Origin: Patescibacteria group bacterium
GTDB taxonomy: Bacteria; Patescibacteriota; WWE3; UBA101185; 2-01-FULL-41-18
DNA: 64,000 nucleotides
Assembly: GCA_038064575.1 (NCBI GenBank)
Contig: JBBTST010000001.1
Location: 99,650 to 163,649, forward strand
Direction: 5' to 3'
Below are positions 58,827 to 64,000 of this stretch, in pieces. The notes under the pieces are model-generated. The model saw nothing but the letters and a program-made list of their open reading frames with translations, did no database searches and was not told the DNA's origin. Made by a program: the position numbers and the translations under genes. Every line of letters starts with the position of its first letter. Within the stretch, counting starts at the first letter, position 1.

Positions 58827-61400
58827 TTACTTAAAAACTTCCAGTCCTATTTCTATAGAATCACCCTGAACAATTTCATTTGTTAACAGTTTTCTTGCCA
58901 AATAAGATTCTACTGTATTTTCAATTAACCTCCTCAGAGGCCTTGCCCCCCACTGCGGATCAAAACCATCATGAGCAAGTTTATCAATTAACTCCTGCTT
59001 AAACTTTATTCTTACACCTTTGTCATCAAGAGTTTTTATTACCCTTTCTAAAAGGATTGAGGTAATTTCCATCACATCGCTTGGATATAGAGGTTTAAAT
59101 GTAATAATTCCACTAAATCTGTTTAGAAATTCTGGTGCAAACCTCTGCCTAACTTCTTTCAAAGCTTCTTCCTTCATACTTTCATAAGATCCTCTGTTTT
59201 GCATAATTTCCTGAATCTTTGAAGTTCCCGCATTTGAAGTTGCAATAATAATGGAGTTTGAAAAATCTATCACTCTTCCCTGACTATCGGTAAGTCTTCC
59301 ATCATCCAAAACTTGCAAAAACACCAATAGAACTCTGGAACTTGCTTTTTCTATTTCATCTAGCAGAATTAGAGAATAAGGGTACCGCCTAACCTTATCC
59401 GTCAATAATCCTGTTGTATACCCATCTGAGGTTCCTATTAGTTTATCAATGCTGTCGTCTTTCTGATACTCACTCATGTCAACCCTAATCATAATTTCCT
59501 CACTCCCAAAATAAGTGGAAGCTAAAGCTTTGGCTGTCTCCGTTTTTCCAACTCCAGTAGATCCTACAAACAAAAAGCTGGCGATTGGTCTTTTTTCATC
59601 TCTAATTCCAAGCCTTCCTCTCCTTAGAGCATCTCCAATCTGAAAAACTGCTTCATCCTGACCAATAACTCTTTTTTTTATTTCCACTTCAATATTTAAA
59701 AGCTTATTGGTCTCATCAACTGTTACTGCGGTAACAGGAATTTTTGTTATTTCTGAAATGATCTCAGTTATAACTTGGGAATTAACATATTTGGAACTTT
59801 TGGAAACACTCACACTCGCCCTTTCCAAAATATCAATAGCCTTATCAGGAAGGACTCTATCCTTAATTAACTTCTTTGAAAGCTCTATTGTTTTCTCAAG
59901 TGCCAGAAAGGAAATGTCCACCTTATAAGTTTTTCCAAACTTTCTTGCCATTACTTTCAAAACCTCAAGTGTCTCTTGAGGTGTAGCCTCCTCAAGCACT
60001 ACCAGTTGAAAAAGTCTTGCAAAGGCACCGTTTGGCTCAATGTACCTTCTATAGTTAGGAAAAGAGGTAGCCCCAATAAATTGAATTTTGCCAGAAGAAA
60101 GGTGTGGCTCTAAAAAACTAAAAACTGATGCCAGTTCAGCATTCTCACTTCCGGTGCTAGCAACTAAATTATGCACCTCATCAATAAACATTATTACATT
60201 TCCGGCGCCATAAGCCTCTTCCATTATTTTTTCAACTTTTTGGCTTACTTCTCCAGGACTTCGGGCCCCAGATATTAAAGCTCCCATCTCAACAGATACC
60301 AACCTTTTAAACTTAAGAGCTTTAGCCTCTGTTCCCTCTATTATTTTTAGCGCTAGCCCCCTAACCATTGTAGTTTTTCCACAACCAGGCTCTCCCACAA
60401 TCAAAACATTCTTGCCCCCGCCTTTACTTAGAGCATCAATAGCCTCCTTCATAGCCTTTTCTTTACCAACCACTTTATCAAAATAACCTCTGGCGGCCAT
60501 TTGGGTAAAATCCTGAGACACAGAATTTAGAACAGGTGTAATCCGTGAAGTCATGCCTCTGTTCACCCCACCGATTGGAGGTGGTACATAATCTTCCTGC
60601 CAAAAAAATATTCTTCTTAGATGATCTCTTTGGGAAACAACCCAATAAATTGCATCCTCAATGTTTGTTGTTTTCAGGCTAAACTTGGCCAAAAACATGT
60701 CATTTTGAGGCATAAGTTTTAGAATAGAGCCAAAAACATGCTCAAGCTCTATATAATCATTTTTCTTTTCTTTAGCAAAATCAAAAGATTTTTGTAGAAG
60801 GTCTTGGGAGGGTGCTTTTATCTCCAACACTCTCTTTGAAAAATCCATAAGAAATTCATTTTTATTCACTTCCAGAAGTGTGAGAAGCCTGGTTACTTTT
60901 GAGTTAGATAAAAGTTCTTTGAGAAAAGTTTCTTTACTTATATCAAATTTTTGGAGCAGACCTTTATCAAAAAAACAGGCCTTAGACGCATGAGAACTAT
61001 CTGCCACAAATGAAAGCTTAAGTTCCGGCTTTCTTAACTTCAAAATGGTGAATGAAACAAAAAGAAAGAGATTATAAAGAATAAAGTAAGATACATCAGT
61101 TAGCAGAAGATAGATAGGAAAGGCATACCACAAAGGCAAAGCAAAAACTGATACGGTCAAAAGTGTTGCCATTACAACCAAACCAACAGCAAGTTTAATG
61201 ATTCTAAAAATAAAGCCAATAAGCCTCCCTACAATTGTGTAATCTCCAAAAAGCGGAGTAAATAAAAGTTTTAAAGTTAAAGTAAATGCAAATGCGTTAT
61301 TTGATAGAAATAGTATGTGTTCAAGAAGAACAAAAATTCTCTTTGGAACTCTTACAAAGACCCAAAGAAAGACTTTTGAAAAGTGGGAGGGCAAATCCAT
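58827..61400 (-). CDS. membrane-anchored double-AAA+ Clp/Hsp100-type ATPase
   Basis: Four N-terminal TM helices; two Walker A motifs (IVGEPGCGKTT, FVGSTGVGKTE); sensor-2 GARPLRR. The spacing between the two nucleotide-binding domains is ClpA-like with no M-domain. No IG[FL] ClpP-docking tripeptide was found. Confidence 0.7.
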   Translation of the reverse strand: MDLPSHFSKVFLWVFVRVPKRIFVLLEHILFLSNNAFAFTLTLKLLFTPLFGDYTIVGRLIGFIFRIIKLAVGLVVMATLLTVSVFALPLWYAFPIYLLLTDVSYFILYNLFLFVSFTILKLRKPELKLSFVADSSHASKACFFDKGLLQKFDISKETFLKELLSNSKVTRLLTLLEVNKNEFLMDFSKRVLEIKAPSQDLLQKSFDFAKEKKNDYIELEHVFGSILKLMPQNDMFLAKFSLKTTNIEDAIYWVVSQRDHLRRIFFWQEDYVPPPIGGVNRGMTSRITPVLNSVSQDFTQMAARGYFDKVVGKEKAMKEAIDALSKGGGKNVLIVGEPGCGKTTMVRGLALKIIEGTEAKALKFKRLVSVEMGALISGARSPGEVSQKVEKIMEEAYGAGNVIMFIDEVHNLVASTGSENAELASVFSFLEPHLSSGKIQFIGATSFPNYRRYIEPNGAFARLFQLVVLEEATPQETLEVLKVMARKFGKTYKVDISFLALEKTIELSKKLIKDRVLPDKAIDILERASVSVSKSSKYVNSQVITEIISEITKIPVTAVTVDETNKLLNIEVEIKKRVIGQDEAVFQIGDALRRGRLGIRDEKRPIASFLFVGSTGVGKTETAKALASTYFGSEEIMIRVDMSEYQKDDSIDKLIGTSDGYTTGLLTDKVRRYPYSLILLDEIEKASSRVLLVFLQVLDDGRLTDSQGRVIDFSNSIIIATSNAGTSKIQEIMQNRGSYESMKEEALKEVRQRFAPEFLNRFSGIITFKPLYPSDVMEITSILLERVIKTLDDKGVRIKFKQELIDKLAHDGFDPQWGARPLRRLIENTVESYLARKLLTNEIVQGDSIEIGLEVFK

Positions 61401-61437
61401 ATGTAGATAATAGCATGGACAGAAACCTAAGTTTCAG

Positions 61438-61806
61438 TTAATTTCTTAGGGTGTTTAGCATATATCCCAAAAGAGGAATTTTGACTAAAACAACACCTTC
61501 AATTTCCTCATTTTTGAGAAGCCAAGGGTCTAGCACAGGATTAATATCCCCCTTTGTAACAAAATGCTGCTCATTAGCCAATAATGTCACCCCAACCACT
61601 CTATGTATTATTACCTCCTGAGATTTGGGACTTTTAAATGCAACCAGTCTACCCTTTTCTACCTTTCCCGGATAAGCAATTACCAAAGAACCTATAGGCA
61701 GAAGTTCACCCATAGAACCTGAGGTGATGGTATAAAACCTCAAACCAACCAAAAGGGAAGTTAGGTACAGTATGACAATAATTCCGGCAATTTTAAAATC
61801 CTCCAT
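61438..61806 (-). CDS. SipW/ER-type signal peptidase I (S26B)
   Basis: N-terminal TM helix, SGSMGELLP (SGSMEP box), a His in IIHRVVGV, and TKGDIN (KGDNN box). Confidence 0.6.
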   Translation of the reverse strand: MEDFKIAGIIVILYLTSLLVGLRFYTITSGSMGELLPIGSLVIAYPGKVEKGRLVAFKSPKSQEVIIHRVVGVTLLANEQHFVTKGDINPVLDPWLLKNEEIEGVVLVKIPLLGYMLNTLRN

Positions 61807-61847
61807 AAAAATACAACTCCCGATCAGCGCTAATCGGGAGATAGTTA

Positions 61848-62447
61848 CTATTGGGAAACCCCATCAGTTGTACCATTAAACACAAATTTATATAAAGCTG
61901 ACTCGCCGGCTTTTGTTGAAGGTATTGTACTCAAACTAAATCTTAGAACATAACCTTTAACCTCCAAAGGATTAATAAAACCCAAATCAATTCCTTCAGT
62001 CTTCCACTTTAGAACAGTTTTCTTAGCTATGGGTATTGCAGAAACTTCCTCAGGCTCAATAGCCCCGTTACTGTTAGTATCAGCCCACTCAAACACTTCA
62101 ACAAAAATATATTCCCTTAAACCTGCTGGATCATCCGCAGCGGTATAGTCGGAATTTGAATTAAGGGCCATCTTTAGGCTACCCTTATTGTATAGCTTGA
62201 CCATATAATCCTCAGACCAACCAGAATATATATTCTCAAAAGAGGGACCGTTTTTTGTATCAAGAAGGTTTTCCTCTTCAGTACCCTTTGAAAGGTCATT
62301 CAAAAGCTTAATGTCAGCACTGCCAACAGAGAAGTTCACCCCGGAAACTTCTCCGGAGTTCTCAAAAGCTGCCTTAGCTGTTACCACTCCTCCAGCAACT
62401 ATCAAAAGAACAAAAAGGAAAATAATAATAAATCTGAAGCTCTTCAT
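61848..62447 (-). CDS. TasA/camelysin-like SipW-cognate secreted protein with an EF-hand-like Ca-binding loop
   Basis: Signal peptide ending AKAAFENSGEVSGVNFSVGSADIKL (SipW-cognate class pattern); DTNSNGAIEPEE fits the EF-hand loop DxNxNGxIxxxE. Confidence 0.5.
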   Translation of the reverse strand: MKSFRFIIIFLFVLLIVAGGVVTAKAAFENSGEVSGVNFSVGSADIKLLNDLSKGTEEENLLDTKNGPSFENIYSGWSEDYMVKLYNKGSLKMALNSNSDYTAADDPAGLREYIFVEVFEWADTNSNGAIEPEEVSAIPIAKKTVLKWKTEGIDLGFINPLEVKGYVLRFSLSTIPSTKAGESALYKFVFNGTTDGVSQ

Positions 62448-62610
62448 TTTTTCACCTCCTTTCTAAATTTAATACTATTTGTTATAAACTTGTTGCTAGG
62501 AACTAGGTGTTAGTTGCTAACCTCCAAAAGCAACTCGAATGTATCCCTAGATCCTAGGAATAAGATTACAAGCTATATTAGTATTATACATATAATAATC
62601 AGGATTGCAA

Positions 62611-62952
62611 CTATTTTCTTAATAAAGTTACTGCAACAAGTGCCATTTGGTCACAAAACGGATAAGAAGCATTTACTTCTATACTAAATGAAGAAATAAT
62701 TGTGACCTTTCCCAAATCTAACTTGTCAACTAAATTTAACCCAAACCCATCCGTTGAATATACAAAAACACGATCCAGGTGTGCATCCTGGATAACTTTT
62801 AATAAGGGGACTAATACGCTTTCATATTTATCATTCAGGGGAAATTTAAAAGTAAATGTTTTTTGAAGCACTAGAATATCTTGATAAAATAGATATTTAT
62901 AGACGCCAACAGTTACATCTGAAGAAGAAAGGTCTAACAGGGCAAGGGTCAT
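62611..62952 (-). CDS. hypothetical protein (possibly an RNase-H-like/YqgF-like fold)
   Basis: N-terminal LALLDLSSSDVTVGV resembles the first beta-hairpin of YqgF/ASKHA folds; only weakly supported. Confidence 0.25.
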   Translation of the reverse strand: MTLALLDLSSSDVTVGVYKYLFYQDILVLQKTFTFKFPLNDKYESVLVPLLKVIQDAHLDRVFVYSTDGFGLNLVDKLDLGKVTIISSFSIEVNASYPFCDQMALVAVTLLRK

Positions 62953-63008
62953 ACAACATAAATATACATGTGATTATAATTTATATCAAGATAATAGATG
63001 TGATTATT

Positions 63009-63467
63009 TTATCTTTTAGAATATTGGGGAGCCTTTCTGGCTTTCCTTAAGAATGGCTTTTTTCTTTCCACTTCTCTAGGATCTCTTGTTAACATATCAT
63101 GTTTTCTTAAAGTGTTTCTATTCTCCCCATCAAATGCTACTAATGCTTTTGATATAGCTAATAAAACTGCATCAAACTGAGAAGACTTTCCGGAACCGGA
63201 AACTTTGACAGTTCCTGAAAAGGTGGTGACAGGATGTGAAACACCAACAATATGAAAGGGCTTCATCCACCCATTTTTATGAGCTTCCAAGTCAAAATAA
63301 TCGTTAAAAGTTTTGCCATTAACAAAGAAATCACCTTTTTTTGTATAAAGAAAGACACTGGCCACAGAGGTCTTTCTTCTTCCAACCCCATAAAAGTGCT
63401 TTTCTTTTCTGCCTCTTGTTGCCTTTACTACCTCTACTTGATTGGTGAGTTCTTTCTTTTCTGACAT
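63009..63467 (-). CDS. rpsI: 30S ribosomal protein S9
   Basis: C-terminal ...RKARKAPQYSKR tail; GRRKTSVASV. Confidence 0.9.
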   Translation of the reverse strand: MSEKKELTNQVEVVKATRGRKEKHFYGVGRRKTSVASVFLYTKKGDFFVNGKTFNDYFDLEAHKNGWMKPFHIVGVSHPVTTFSGTVKVSGSGKSSQFDAVLLAISKALVAFDGENRNTLRKHDMLTRDPREVERKKPFLRKARKAPQYSKR

Positions 63468-63470
63468 AAT

Positions 63471-63893
63471 TTATTTTTTTTCAATCTGAGCCTTGTGTGG
63501 ATGCAGAGAGCCTTTATAAACATATAAATCCAACATCCTGTGTTTTCTCATCTTATTAACCGGAAGCATTCCCCAGACCGCTTTTTTTATAACATCTTCG
63601 GGTTTAGTTGCAAGCAAATTTGCTAAGGTTTCTTCTTTAAAACCACCTGGATAGCCCGAATGTTTATAATACTTTTTATTAACCATCTTTCTACCCGTAA
63701 CATTTATTTTTTCTGCATTAATAATTACAACTTTGTCTCCCATATCAAGGTTTGCACTAAAGGAGGGTTTATGCTTTCCTATAAGAAGGGTTGCAACTCT
63801 TGTGGCAAACCTGCCTAACACTTCAGAGGAAGCATCCATAACATGCCAGTCCTTTTTTATATCTTTCTTTTTAAGAACTAATGTTTTTTGCAT
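63471..63893 (-). CDS. rplM: 50S ribosomal protein L13
   Basis: KKDWHVMDASSEVLGRFATRVATLLIGKHKP N-terminus. Confidence 0.9.
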   Translation of the reverse strand: MQKTLVLKKKDIKKDWHVMDASSEVLGRFATRVATLLIGKHKPSFSANLDMGDKVVIINAEKINVTGRKMVNKKYYKHSGYPGGFKEETLANLLATKPEDVIKKAVWGMLPVNKMRKHRMLDLYVYKGSLHPHKAQIEKK

Positions 63894-63896
63894 ATA

Positions 63897-64000
63897 CTAC
63901 TTTACCTTAGTCTTTTTTAATTTTTCAAGTGGCTTGTCTTTTGCCTCCAAGGCTGATGTCTTTTCCTTGTTTTTCTTCTTGTCAGCTTTTTTTGTGTCCT
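63897..64000 (-). CDS. C-terminal fragment of a lysine-rich protein (gene continues beyond the window)
   Basis: Minus-strand reading gives ...KKADKKKNKEKTSALEAKDKPLEKLKKTKVK then a stop. Confidence 0.2.
   Translation of the reverse strand, partial: DTKKADKKKNKEKTSALEAKDKPLEKLKKTKVK

Overview
The window is an AT-rich, gene-dense stretch that looks like a streamlined Patescibacteria/CPR-type bacterial chromosome. That assignment is an inference from content: archaeal-type AspRS and cupin-type PGI, truncated TsaB and ATP synthase delta, single-domain response regulators, many small membrane proteins. About 85% of genes lie on the minus strand.

Recognisable content by region:
- Translation: gltX, archaeal-type aspS with a YbaK-family deacylase, a complete prfB, rpsI-rplM, miaA-miaB, tsaB-like/tsaE, tRNA-Pro(GGG), and an un-called RNase P RNA.
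- DNA repair: recA-recX, recJ, dinB, a UDG-superfamily gene, and a frameshifted comM.
- Envelope and division: secDF, ftsEX with an EnvC-like M23 peptidase, a D-Ala-D-Ala carboxypeptidase, and a second M23 peptidase with LysM.
- Energy and glycolysis: a complete F-type ATP synthase operon and a cupin-type PGI.
- Signalling: two PAS histidine-kinase / stand-alone receiver pairs, one coupled to a multi-TM sensor protein and a 755-aa surface protein.
- Other: RNase Y, HU, YmdB, peptidases of families M24 and M20, and a membrane-anchored Clp-type ATPase beside a SipW/TasA-like pair.

Two regions are unusual. A GC-rich, largely non-coding island at about 12.4-13.8 kb carries a Shine-Dalgarno-led two-peptide micro-operon and at least one promoter-to-terminator sRNA-like unit. 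A 1.1-kb structured, locally GC-rich intergenic region sits upstream of aspS at about 10.2-11.3 kb.

No CRISPR array, transposase or integrase was seen. All calls come from reading the sequence and ORF translations by eye; no database searches were run.
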